From Patellaria atrata CBS 101060 (taxonomy: Eukaryota), in assembly GCA_010093705.1 (NCBI GenBank), contig MU006089.1, positions 2,219,561-2,283,560 on the forward strand: a stretch of 64,000 bases of DNA, given 5' to 3'. Shown piece after piece: positions 36,557 through 49,400 of the stretch; position 1 is the stretch's first letter, and each line of letters opens with the position of its first letter. The notes beneath the pieces were generated by a model, which was given only the letters and a program-made list of their open reading frames with translations, was not told the origin of the DNA and ran no database searches. The translations under genes and the position numbers were made by a program.

Positions 36557-39353
36557 TTTGTCGTTCTTTTTGAGCGGCGGCATGTAAGATTGTGAAATTT
36601 CCTGGGGTCGCTGCGGATTTAGCAAGATGGGGTTTGGTGGTGTGGTTCTGGTTTTTAGGCAGGATGTTGTTCCTGGTCACTTGACAGGGTCGTTGTCGTT
36701 TTATAGGGGGTCTTGAGCGCCGTGAACAATGTCGGCGGTAGGTTGCGTTGTTTCTGAAGTATTCCCTCTAACGTGTCTGGATAGTCGGAGCATAGCGTGG
36801 TAGTCCTCACACTGTCATGCCCACGACCCTGTTACCGTGACAAAGACGCTCTTGAGACATGGGAGTCCGACCAGCAAACCCTCTTCCGTATCCACGAAGC
36901 TGGTGTCAGAGCACCGACGTGAACTACACCTAAGACCTCTAACCCCTATTTCTTCAGTCTCAATTAGGTGCGAAAACATGATATTTGCTGTAAGAAAAAG
37001 CTGACTTGTACAAACGCGTGTCGTGCTAACTCTTACCAATCAATAGTATCAAGCATCCAAACATTCAATAAACTAAAACAAAAATACCGCTTAACCAACC
37101 CAAATCCCTATCATACTCGTCGTCAACGTGGCACAGCCGCCTCGCTCGATCTTGGGTCGTAATGCGAATTCCGCATCACCACGTCACGGTAACCGCTACG
37201 TACGACATCGGAAAGAGCAAGAGAAAGAATAAGAGTAAACACTGCTCCAACGTTTCGCGCGCTTCTCGCCGGACCTGGGTCTTGGGGGATCGTGAATTGT
37301 GTGTCTACGGCGCGTAGTTCGATGCGCGGATGAAGTTTTATGTGGCATTTCTCTCTTTGTTTATTGGAGGGTTCTGGGATAGGGAACAGGTATTTAAAAC
37401 AAAGTCTGAATGTGGGAAATGATTTAATTTTACTTTGAGACGGTTGAGGTTTGCTAAGGTACTTGTAGGTTGTATTGTCCCTGAGGCACTCTTAGGTTCA
37501 CACACTCTGATGTTGTCATGGGAGCCTGGGGTCTTACGAAAATATTCGCTGAATATGACGCTAGGGTGACGCCTTTGTCATTCGTTGAAACATGGTTTTG
37601 GATTCCTGTCGTTCCTTAGGAGGGTCTGCGTGGATCGATGAAAGGGATGTGGAAGGGATAAAGCTCGCTCGTGTCTTATTTCGTGTCGGGTCTTGGTATG
37701 AAAACACTATCATCTGCTAAGTATACGCTTTAAAACAACCGAACAAGGCTTCAGGTCAGTGAGGTGGACGGTGGTTATGATTAGCTATGCGAAGGACTTT
37801 TAGATGTCTTTCCTAAGATAGGATTGTTAGGTAGGATACCATATAATCATTTAGTCGAAAAAGAAATAAAGAATAAGAGGTCGACTTCCCTATCGAAGTC
37901 TCTGGAATAACCACCATTGATCGCTCTGGGAATAATTACTGAGACTACCTCGTTTATAATGCTGAAATATGAGATACTTTGTCACTCAACCCCCTTCCTT
38001 CGGGTGAGAGTTGTAACACCAGAACCCTTAACCGAGAGAGCTCGTAAGATACGTGACGTTGATGGAAGAGTTAGGAGGAATGGTGTGCCGAGTTTTGGGG
38101 GAAGGATACCACTCCATTACTAAGATGAGATATGTTTTCTCCAAAATCTCGTTTGAGAGCCAGGCGGAAAAAAAAGTACTGCAGTGCGTAGAGGTGAAGG
38201 AGGACTGTGTTCAGTAGGGTGCCGATTGAATAAAGTGATATGAGAAGGTTGATTCGACGTTGGATCTATTCTGCTACTAAAGATAGCGAGCTAGAAACTA
38301 AGCGCCGTCATCTGGCCGAATTCAAGTAGAAAGAAAGGGAGAATATAGTCCTTCCCTAGAAGAGTGTGATGTCTTTCAGATGATGTACTTCATTCAGGAA
38401 TGATTAAGGAAATAAGCTGTCGAGAACCTTCTGCATCACTCACCGATCGCTTGATTCCTGCCTAGGCTCAAATTCCTTTCAGCACTTCCCTCCCTTGAGG
38501 GCCCGTGCAGGTACAAAGCTTTCCAGGCGCTTGTTCATCACGGTAGAATCTGGTAGAACATGTGGATGGCTGATGAGGCATGATTGTCTAAGGCACAAGA
38601 GACGATAAGTGACGCATACTGGAGCGCTTATGAATCTATATGTCTGTGAGACGGCGATATGACCAAATTTGTGAAAAAGGGTTGGTGGACTGTTACGAAG
38701 AGGTTGATTTTACATTGGATCTATTTGGATACCCCAGTAAAGCTTTCAGGGGGAGACCGATCCACAAGCTTTGCTTGAGACGGAAATAGACGAATGGTTC
38801 GATCCTCTTCCGCTGAGACTTCCCGAGCCTTGGTTAGGGAAAGACATTTGGCGAATGGTAGGATTCTTTCCGCTCAGACTTGCCTCAATGTCGACTAGGA
38901 AAAGAGTTTGTCATTTATGCGTCTACTAGATATTATCCTCTTCACGAAGCGAGACGACAGAATTGGATCGTCGATAATCGCGGCGAGAGATATATCCGCA
39001 CCACTTCGCGATGTATGGCATAATCATGGGACAATATGACCCGATCACTGCCATATATATCCACCAAGTTTGAAGTGGAGGATCGTCAAAGTCACGTGCT
39101 CTTACCTGTTCGGGCGTCCTCTGCGAATCCATACCAACATCAGGCTCCCGCCTGCGGCTGAAGGCTGAACATATGCGAGGATTTAGAAAAAATATAGACG
39201 ATACTAAAGCATTAAAGAAATAATAAGCGAATATATAACAAAAAAAAGTATTTAAGAGAGTCGCGTTGTCGCTGAACGAAATGCACCATCACTTACCAAT
39301 TCAGCTCGTCCACTCACATCAACAATAAAACTCAACCACCCGAACAATTCAAG

Positions 39354-40206
39354 ATGGGAACACCATTGCCAAAACCCCTCCCCATCGTCGTCCTCGTTCC
39401 AGGAGCCTGGCACTCTCCAGCCCACTATGCTCTTCTTATTCAAATGGTAGAAAACGCAGGGTATACAGTAGTCACGGCTGCTCTCCCTAGCTTGAACTCC
39501 CACGATCCCGCAAACCAGTCTGTCGCACGCGATTCTGCATACATACGCGTTGCCCTTCTGGAGCCGCAGATAGACGCCGGAAAGGAGGTCCTACTTGTCA
39601 TGCACTCGTACGGCGGCTGCCCGGGGGCTGCTGCAGCGAAAGGGTTGAGCGTGGTGGAACGGAAGGAGAGGGGCGAAGAGGGAGGGGTCGTGGGGATGGT
39701 GTTTTTAGCAGCTTTCGTAGCTGGCGAGGGGGACTCATTGAAGGGGAAGTTGCCGGGCGGGGTGTATGACTCTTGGGTTGTTGAGAATGTAAGATCCCTT
39801 GCGGCCGTTGGTTTAATGGGATAACGCGAGGCTGACAAACGCGTAGACCCAAACCAAACAGTTGATAGTCGACAACCCACAGGCTGTCTTCTACCACGAT
39901 GTCGAGCCTGAGCTTGCTCAAAAAGTCATCCTTGAGCTCAAGACCCAGGCGGAACCGTCGCTTTCAAGCCCGAGCCCTAGTCCTGCATGGCCGGACAAGG
40001 GATTCGATGGCCGCAGGGCATACATCCAGGCGCTACAGGATAGGGCGATTCCGTTCGTCGCGCAGGATGCGATGGTTAAGTATAGTGGTGTTGGTTGGGA
40101 GGTGAGACAGTTGGATACGAGCCATAGTCCGTTTTTGAGTAAGCCGGAGGAACTGGGAGACGTTGTGTTGGAGCTATTTAGAATGTTTGGGGGTTTGGAG
40201 GTGTAA
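39354..40206 (+). CDS. Alpha/beta hydrolase (Abhydrolase_6 / methylesterase-like)
   Basis: 'VLVPGAWH', nucleophile 'HSYGG', 'DRAIP' and catalytic His 'TSHSPF'. Intron at 39789-39846. Confidence 0.88.
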
Positions 40207-41709
40207 ATTGGGTTGTGTATGATTGTGGATTTGTTATGTATGAAATTGCATAGTGAGAATGGGGATGAGTCTTAAATTGTAGTTTGTCTTCAAACATCCA
40301 TAGAGTGATTCCTACGATCCGAGATTTGTATAATGGTGTAAACTTAAAAGGAGGGATAATTGATTGCGGGAGTTGGAAGCTTAAATCAAATAGAAAATGC
40401 GATAGTTCTAAGGAGATATGAACCTTTGCCCCTATATCATAGTGAATCTTTCGGGATTCAGTCCTAATCGCGTAGCACTTAATGTAAAGCGGGTGAATTG
40501 AAATACCCCTCTAGTTTATCTGGCTGCTTTCCCATTGTGTGAAACGTTCTCTAAAGGCATGCTAATAGCATCCTTCCTTTAGTGGAATTTGACTTGCTCA
40601 ACAGAAGGCGGATGGGGGAAAGTTATTATAAACAGTAAAAGATGATAAAACAAATACGAAAAGAATACAATAGAGAACAGGCGTCTCAAGAATGTCAGTT
40701 CCTCAGGTAAAGGCATACTAAACGGGAATCATGTCCATGATCTCCCCTGGCAAGTTTTGGGACAGAAAGCTGCCTATCTAGTTTCCCTGTTCGCTTCAAT
40801 ACTCCATAATATGTACAGAATCCATGACGTTACCAACAGATAAAGCGACACGTCTGCGATAAGGTAGGCTGAAGGTTGATTGTTCGCATCTGGACATTCG
40901 CCGTTGGAAGGAAACCTAAGTTCGTGGGAAAAAATGGTCGTTGTCCATCACTATTTGAATTACCTTATCTGAACGAACTTGGCCTCCAAGTTCCATAAAT
41001 TAAAGGCACATATGCAAGACTGGGGAATGAAGTCGAGAGATGTGGGCTGGAAATTTCGTATTTGAATGGGACGGTTGAGGTGGACGCGTTCAAGGTGGGT
41101 CAGTGCCTTGGCGTTGGAAAACTTTTGATGAACGGAATATCAAAGTCGTTTCTCTCACGATTGTAGTTCAGACTGTTTGTTCCCTATCAATAAGGTCACC
41201 CATAGTACGTATATTAATTTCTTATTTATAGGTCTTTGGATTTTCTGCGCAATATATGATGATTTCATCTTTTATTCAAGTTTCAAGACGGATCGGAGAG
41301 ACATTTCTCGTACTTCTGTCTCTATGAATGAGCAACGACATCTGATTCATATTCTTCTAAGTCTTATCAATATTTGGTAAATCTCCATATAACTCACTTG
41401 CTGATTATTCTAGGCAGTATCGAGTTGCGTGCAACTTCAGTGAGGTAGTCGTCACGTAACGCCCCTACCGGACACGAAATCTGACAGATCACAGATCATT
41501 ACGAAGTTCACATTGCAAATAGATCTTTTACATGAAGTTAAATGACGAAGTATCCCTTTGTTGCCTAGTAACCACTACCGATAGATCCCTCACTTTCCGA
41601 CTGGTATACCAGTCCACCCCAGTATCACCCATCGTAATCCCGTCGTAAATCCCTTTCCCGATCTCCCATAAAGCTCATCAGACCGTACAAACGTATGAAT
41701 CTAAAAAAT

Positions 41710-42473
41710 TTACTTGTTTCTCGCACTCCTCCTAGGTTGACCATCCTCCGTTGCAGCTTTCTTCGGTTCTCTCTTTTTCTTTGGCTCTGCTTTTGGCTTG
41801 GGCTCTGAGCTATCCTTCTTCGGTCGGCCTCTACCTTTCTTCGCGGCACCATTCTCTTGCGGCTTAGCCTCCACGGGTTTGGTAGCCTCCACCTTTGCAT
41901 TCTTGGCCTTCTTTAATGCAGGTTTGGCGCTTCCCTCCTTCTTAGTCTCACCGTTCTCTTGCGGCTCTTCGGTAGCCTTTCGTTTATTGCCTGTTGATGC
42001 TTCACCATTCTCCTTTGGCGCCTCTTCCTCCTTGGTGCCCTTAGACTCGTCTGATTCTTTGGGTGCTGAGTCTCCAGCGTCGGCTTTCTCTTGGACTTCT
42101 AATTCGGACGCGTTCTTCACGACATCATTTCCAGATCGAGCAATTTGGACGGCTGGATCACCAGGCTCCGCGCTCTTCGTGATGGTGTTACTTCGGTGGG
42201 ATTCCACTGAGACCTCGCCCTTCTCGGCTATGTCAGCAACTTTTCCGCTTGGAGTGCTGTCATTCCATTGCCATGATACTAAAATGACTATTCATTAGCA
42301 CTGCTGTATAAATGATGGCCTGGCCAGTGAAGGAGTATGGGTATGCTACTAATAAGCTTTCTGGTAGGGTTATAAGGAATGCGCGAACGCGATTTATGTA
42401 GTTCGAACGGTACGTTTCAGGGGTAGTCAAGAATCTTACCCTTATCGCCTTTCTCAATGCTTCCTTCAGCCAT
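41710..42473 (-). CDS. Hva1 Tudor-like (DUF2945) domain protein with an AT-hook tail
   Basis: 'IEKGDK|VSWQW...PSGKVADIAEKG...DPAVQIARSGNDVVKNASEL', then a K/E-rich tail containing 'KKGRGRPKK'. Intron at 42279-42439. Confidence 0.75.
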
Positions 42474-43059
42474 CTTGTCTCGAATGAACTGCTTCGTCGT
42501 TTAATCCGAGAATTGAAGGTCTAAAATGAGGTACGCAAATAAGTTAATGATGTAAGAGTAAGAGTCGCAATAACGATGCGACAATGCGCGCCCTAATCAA
42601 TGACAATGCGCGTGTTTTGGTGGATGGACGCGACAGAGAGGAAGGATGGAGGTTGGAGGTCGGGACGATGTGAGGTTAGGTCGATAGCCTGATTTAGCAA
42701 GAGCGACTGTGGCAGGGGTGAGACGGCACGATCGACGTCCTCTGTACTAAACATGGCAGCCAATTAGATGCAATATGCGGGGAAGCCCATCTAGCCGAGA
42801 CGCCATGTGGTTCGTGCTTTTGATATTCGCGACTACACCTCAGAGAGAGATCTTGGTTGTTTCCTCCTATTACGAACACTAATGCTCTGTTGCGGTAACT
42901 TGAGATTGCGAAAAGAGTAATCGTGAGGACTTTGATGGATCAGGCACTTCTTTAACCTCAAGACTCCAAAAACATCTCCCAGATTAGTTCCAACACTTAC
43001 ATCTGTACCAACTTACAATAAAGCAGTCTGCTCTGTACAATTCGTACATCAAAGCGAAG

Positions 43060-44054
43060 ATGGATACACCAACAGATCTATCGACACCAGAACAATTAAG
43101 CCTAAAGGAATCTCTGAACCAGGTCCTAAATCCAGAATATCAAGACCATGAGTCCTGGTCATTAGAACCTTGCAACAACAACTATTGTTTCGAGGGTAGA
43201 ATGGAAACAGTTGAAGCGTTTCCACCCACAGTTCTATATTAACTCCATAAACATCGCTATGGGATCATCAGCCTCGAAGCATTTTCAGAGGACTCCAAGG
43301 AAGCACAATACCTGTTTAGTCAGCATTCTAAAATACTTGCAAAAGGATGTGCTATGGGTGACGCATTACGGCAAAAGTAGACGTACGAAGGCGCAGGTAT
43401 TCTAGGCGATGCTGAACGCACAGAAGTAGTAGCAGCTCAAGAAGATGATACTATACAAGAAGATGATATTGCACAAGGAGTTGTCGCTGTGCAAAAGAAT
43501 GCTGCTGAATTAGGAGCTCCTCGTATACAGGGAAACGCTACTATGCAAGAAGATACTAATCACGAAGCTATCTCGGAGATAAAGTCGACACCATGGGCCA
43601 TGACAGTTCTTTGGACGGATGGACCCACTTTGAACTCTTTACTGAGTCTGCTAGTTCACCAAAGTACATAGCTCGTCCTTTCTGCGAACGGCAGCGTCAT
43701 CAGAGTAGCAGCTGCAATACCCCATTCTACAGCAGAATCTCCTCACAGTTACTCACATACCGCATCATTGTCACTTTTGGCATGCCGCCCCGAGCAAATG
43801 GTTCTATGGACAACAATTGTTGGGAAATCGTACTCCATTACCGCGGTGGATCGAGTACGCTGAGGTTTTGGGACTATGGTGGCTCTGCACGTGTGCAATT
43901 CCAAGGTTGTGAAGAAGGGAGAAATGACGCGTTGGAGCTTGTTAATTACTTGACAGGTTTGGATTGCTGGTACCACTGCGGTATGCAAGCTGGGACGGAA
44001 GCTTTTGAACCAGCTGATTCGGTTGCTGAATGTATGTTGTATATAGGGGCATAA
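43060..44054 (+). pseudogene. Disrupted member (copy A) of an uncharacterised three-copy family
   Basis: Homologous blocks are spread over three frames, with an in-frame TAG at 43378. The C-terminal block 'RISSQLLTYRI-VTFG-PP...W...L-F-D-GG...F-G...DALELVNYL' matches the other copies. Confidence 0.65.
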
Positions 44055-45028
44055 AATAGCCTCTAAGTCGGTAAGATTATCTGAATCATTGTATCCCTCC
44101 CCCCGTTAGTGTAGTCTCCTCCTATTGTATGCTAGTTCATTAAGCGATTTCGCCCACTTCACGGTGCGGAAAAGAATCAAATGTGCATGGAATTCCTAGT
44201 CTTGAGTATGACCTAGTTGTGTAGACTTACGTACTGTGCACAGAGTCACCCAAGGTACCCTAAATGATATATATTTGACTCTACATGAGACCTGACGGTG
44301 CCGATAGTCAAGGGTTTGTGATACTTCGTACTCACCAGGTGCTTCCCTCTTCCTTTACCAGTCCCTATCTCAAGCCATATCATTATAGTATAGAAGTGTA
44401 AAAAGATTAGCAAGCAATAACAAAAAGATTGAGGAATTAGACCAAATTGCAAAAATTCAGCAAAAAATACATAAAATAAATAATATTACATCTGGGCAAC
44501 ATGGCGTTGACGTGACTCGAACCGTCGACCTTGGTCCCGAATTAGGAATTGATTAGTGACAAATAAAATTCCTAGCTATTACCCATGCTAAAATTGAGTA
44601 TTCTAAGGGATTTTGGCCAAATATATAGTGTAGTGGTGCTTTCCTAAATTGAATGTGCGGATCTATACGCTTCTATAGTCTACACAATGAGTCATAGAAT
44701 ATTCTACATTAGTCTTCAGCTAATGAAGATGGTCTTACAGATATTATTTCTTGAATGCACTCGTTCATTGGTTAGAATACTCGCCCTTAGTTTGTTTGGC
44801 TCACGTGCTCGATCGAGGTAGAACAGTACCTGCAGCAGCTCAGCTGACTGTCCATCTACTTATCACTCTCCCACCAACACAAGACATCTCTGCTTCCACC
44901 CCGCCTGGTGAAGAATTGTCAACCGAAGAAATATCATCGTAAACTAACCCATCATGCAATATATACACTGATAACTGATAACTTACCCTTTACATAGTCT
45001 AGATTCACATCACCCAAAATCAAAAGCC

Positions 45029-46078
45029 ATGGACGAAATGTCAAAGGTGACCCCATCACTCGAGACTTTAAGTTCGAAAGCATGTCGCAAACAATTGCTG
45101 AATGCAAAGTTCCGGCCTTCGGATTTCGCTTCCCTGGAATCTCGTCTGATCGAACTCGTGTTCATTCGCATGCGCAAGGAGATCAATCGCTTGCAGACCA
45201 TGGAGAAGGAGTAGAAACGAATGTGCATGCTTTGTCCGCAGACTGATCTCGAGATTTACTAGTGGCGTGGTACTGACTGCGATATCGACCGCATGGATGA
45301 AGATTAGATGGCTAGACGGTACAACTGGCCTAAAGGGAATGGAGATGATCTCGCTGCTGCCCTCCGGAAGAAGTGGAGATACTCCGCCTATGACTCCTCC
45401 GACGATGAAAGTAACGAAGGTTCTGATGGAGTACCCGAAGCCTCCACAATTCATATCAATGCGGAGGGTGCACAGGGTACCACCTCTAACGTTGATACTC
45501 TAAACGAAAATGAAGCACAAAACGATGATATCCCAGGACAGCGATGAAAAAAACACTGGTGATGATACTTCATGCGACAATGAAGCCAACACTGGCGATA
45601 CTACAAAGGACATCAAAGCCAACACTAGCGACAAGATCGTGAATAAGAGCAAAACAGCAGGCGAGGCTAATCATCCAAAGGTCGATAAGACCCCAGGTAA
45701 GGACAAGACCCACATAGACTCGAGACCAGCTCCCCTAATGCAAAGTTTGAAATCTCCAACCGACACCTACCCGCTTATGCTAGAGATGGTCATCGCGACA
45801 TCTATAAGCGAATTTCTGCTCAACTTCTTCTCTACCGTATTACCGTCGTTTTTGGTATGGTACCAGCGGACTTGGATTATTACAAAAGCTGCTGGCAAAT
45901 AGATCTTAAACACCGTCAGGATACCAGGATGCTGACGTTCGGAGAGTGGAAAGGTGCAGCAAGTGTACGCTTCCAGGGCACCGAAGAAGCTAGCGACAAC
46001 GCTCTCTAACTTATCAATTACTTGGTCGGGCTGAAGTGTGTACATCCCTATGGTATGGAGGCAGGTACCTATGCATGA
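45029..46078 (+). pseudogene. Disrupted member (copy B) of the same family
   Basis: N-terminus 'PSLETLS...SLESRL...EINR', then three in-frame TAGs and frameshifts. An unlisted frame reads 'RISAQLLLYRITVVFG...SCWQIDL...FQGTEEASDNAL*LINYL...GMEAGTYA', with TAA at 46007. Confidence 0.7.
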
Positions 46079-47559
46079 TAAATCGTACAAGATGGAAAAT
46101 TATCCAGTTTGAGTCCTGGTGAGTTCCAACATTTTATACAATTTAGGAGGTCTTCTAACTGTAAAGTATAGTTAGCTATGGACGCCCCGGAAGCGAGAGA
46201 TCTCCATGGATTAATTTTACACTTGGTAGAATTCTCAAACACTCTACTAGCTGACTAACTTCAAGCTGTTGAAATGGGTTTTCATTTACGGGAATACCTT
46301 CTAATATTGATGTTGATATTGCGCGAAATTTAACTAGTTGCTGCTTTCGGAGGATGGCATGATCGATCAGTTATCATAGACAGCGGAAATAGAACTGTTT
46401 CTCAAAAACATCATGAAGTTAAAGAAACGTGTGTCATGTAAATATGCTATGCCATTAGGGGATGTGAAGCGATCATGTCAACCGGCACCCCTTATATTAT
46501 AGCAAATACAGTAATACGAGATCGGACACTGGACTCCACCGAAACCTAATAAGGTAATTCAAAAGGAGATTGACACGAGGCTAAATCACTTTGGAACGGG
46601 ACAACGAAGAAGTAGGAACTAGGTATATTTCTGAACGATTGATAAATACTTTAACACTATTCTTTGCTTATCCTGACTAATATACTCTTGTCTTCGTCAC
46701 CTAAGTAGACCCTAGATCTTCAATCCCTAATTGTTTGGATATGTATAACATAGATCAAACGCCCACACGAAGGCGTATGAGTATGCTTCAAGTAGAAATT
46801 TCGTACCTTAAGGGAGCTTGCGGTCAGTTGGCGGAACCGTGGAAGTATGATACAAGATGTAGCGGTTGCCACATTTAGACGGTTTCTGAAACGTTCGACC
46901 TCTTCAATTGAACTTCATAAGGAACCAAACGATGGTGAACTCCTACCGCGCATTCTGTTCACATTTGGAGTGAAATGACCTACCAAAGAGAACCGGGAGT
47001 TGATGGTTATGCGAGATAGTACTTCTGACTAAGAATGTACTCCTCGTCAAGTCGAAGGTTCTAATTGAATGATCGAATTTGCTTGAATGATTCTAGAACC
47101 GAAAGCTAACATCAAATACGAGAATGTGTACCGCGGCGTATGAATTATAAGAGGTAGATAGAAGGGCACTAGACATGCAACTGGATTAGATGGTTGAGGT
47201 CTGGTTTATATTGGGGCCATTCCTGTTTCGGCAAGCGTAACAGCATCAATCCGGAAGACACTTTACCGCATACGGGATTCACGAACATGTGTGGTTGTCA
47301 TTACACCCTCACTACGACGGCCTCAGTCATATCTCAGTATTGATACATGAGAACACACCGCATGCTCTCTACTTGACCGGCGGTTGAACCTACCTATGGC
47401 TGACTTGTGCGACGGCTCCACGTGGACATCAAGTGGGCGCCAGGTTATTTAGTTCATTCAGCAAACGTACGTTGTTATGTTCATCCTCCGTCATGGAATG
47501 TTCTATTTCAGAACTCACAGCGGGTTCGGAATCCAACTTCAACTCCGTTGGGAAATGGT

Positions 47560-48725
47560 CTTTGCACATGTTCAACACTCAGACGTCGTCCGTGATTTTT
47601 CCATATTGAGAGGATGCGGTACGGAGACTGAAAGCAAGAAGCATGGAGCGAGCTCTAGCACCTCCAATACTTTCAAGGTCCTCCATATCTGTTGAACTCG
47701 AATCTAAACCGAATAAGCTTTTGAGATAGGAGAACGCTGACTGATAATCAAGGTTGGAGGGGTGGCTAAGTTTCAGATCTGCTTGGGCGAGGATTGGTTC
47801 TGAGCTCTAGTAATTGCATAAAGCAACGACTCGATCATGAAGATCATTAATTCAGCCACATCTTTGTATTCCTGGCTATGTTTGACAAGAAATTTCAGCA
47901 TTGTGGATGCGACAGGTGTGTCCCTAATAGGATATCCTCTTTGGGTACACGTTGTTGATTAAGATCAATAATGTCGCATAATGCTTTCATTCCTGGGCGC
48001 TTGCAACGTAGTGATGTCGTTACCAACCTAGTGGCGATCCATTTCTTCCATCTAATAACCTGGTGGCCTGCTATCGGCGATTTTTTGGTAATTCCAGATG
48101 ATAGGACAGAGATCCACTCCTAAAGAAGGCGTTGTCGTCCCTCGATAATTAGTACCGTGGTAAGATTTCTGATGAAAGTGCCAGAGAGCATGAAGTCTTC
48201 AGACCATATGAGATTGCTTGCCCAGAGCCAATTCAGAAGGCTGGAAGCTGGTTTCGCGTTTCGAATCCATCGTTGTTCACGCTCTGATATTGAACTTTTT
48301 AGTGATGGTGCTGTTTTATATAAACATTGTTCCGCATGGTAAAAGGTCGCGGTACCATTCGCAGCAAGGTTTTTAAAATAGGAGAGTTCGTGGTCCTTTA
48401 AGCGATGAGATAGGTTTATATCCTGAGGCTTCTCTGAGATAGTACCAAACAAGGGATTAGACAGAATAGAGTCTATATGTTTGTCTGCCACATGACGTGA
48501 ATTGCGAGACGGGTGTGATATTAGAGTGAGTCCGGATCGGTGAGCAACTTGGGGCTTCTTCTCTCATCTTGTAGAAGGGAACTCATCCACAAGCTGCCTC
48601 TCAAACGACGTGGTTAGTAAAGATAGAAGCTGCTGGGACTCGCGTGGACTGAGCGGAAGCTGAGGATGTATCCTAGATTTTAGATCGCGAATAACGGATC
48701 TGAGTACGGCGGTTGACTGCATCAT
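47560..48725 (-). pseudogene. Disrupted copy of a conserved Pezizomycotina hypothetical gene; 3' limit approximate
   Basis: From ATG 48725/48722 the frame reads 'RIHPQLPLSPRESQQLLSLLTTSF...', hits TGA at 48564-48566, continues 'ADKHIDSILSNPLF...LLNWLW...EG', and hits TAG at 48120-48122, followed by frameshifts. Confidence 0.6.
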
Positions 48726-49400
48726 GAACAGTACAGTCTATCACAACTTAGGCGGGACGAGAATGCGTACAGTAACGGGAAAGGAGGTCATCCCTACGGT
48801 GAGGCGGGTATTGTGGTGGATGTCGTGTGCTCTCGGTACAGTACAGATTGCTGTTGGATTGGGGCCTTTCCGGTGTTTTATTCGCCGTACGGAAGTCTTT
48901 TATGGGCATCTTGTGACTTGTGATGGTGTCGTTTGGGGTCTGGAAGTCGTTAAAAGGCGGAGGGTCAGGGCAAGTTGGGGCTGATTGGGCAGTTCGGGCA
49001 CGGCGTAGGCGTTTCACACACAGCTCAGCACGACGACGCAGACACTAAGACGCGACGCCTTTTGGTTTTGTCTAACGGCAACTTTTCCTTCTTTCTCTTC
49101 TTCAAGATTCTTTCTTTACAGATGAAGTTGCGGTAGATTCCACTTTCGCACCACCCGCATCTTGCTTTTAACCAAGTACGAAGCCTCACTTAGGCTCTCT
49201 TGCCTCGGACATCGAAGCTTTCGGACCTGTACCTGCCCTGCAACTCTCCTAGCTGGCGTGCACGCAACCCAACCCAAGCAATCCCCCTTCGTCATCTACA
49301 CCGCACAACTCAAACAACTTCCATCAACTTAACACAACAAACATTCTCCCCACACTATTCTCAGTCCTTTTGCAAAGGCGTGAGATACACAATTCTCACA

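Noticed and set aside
37900..39132. 68-aa ORF with a hydrophobic segment and adjacent possible gene relic
   Set aside because: Too short, with no recognisable motif; cannot be told from chance.
40260..41600. AT-rich interval as a transposon or F-box/LRR relic
   Set aside because: No terminal repeats, transposase or RT motifs, or convincing reading frame.
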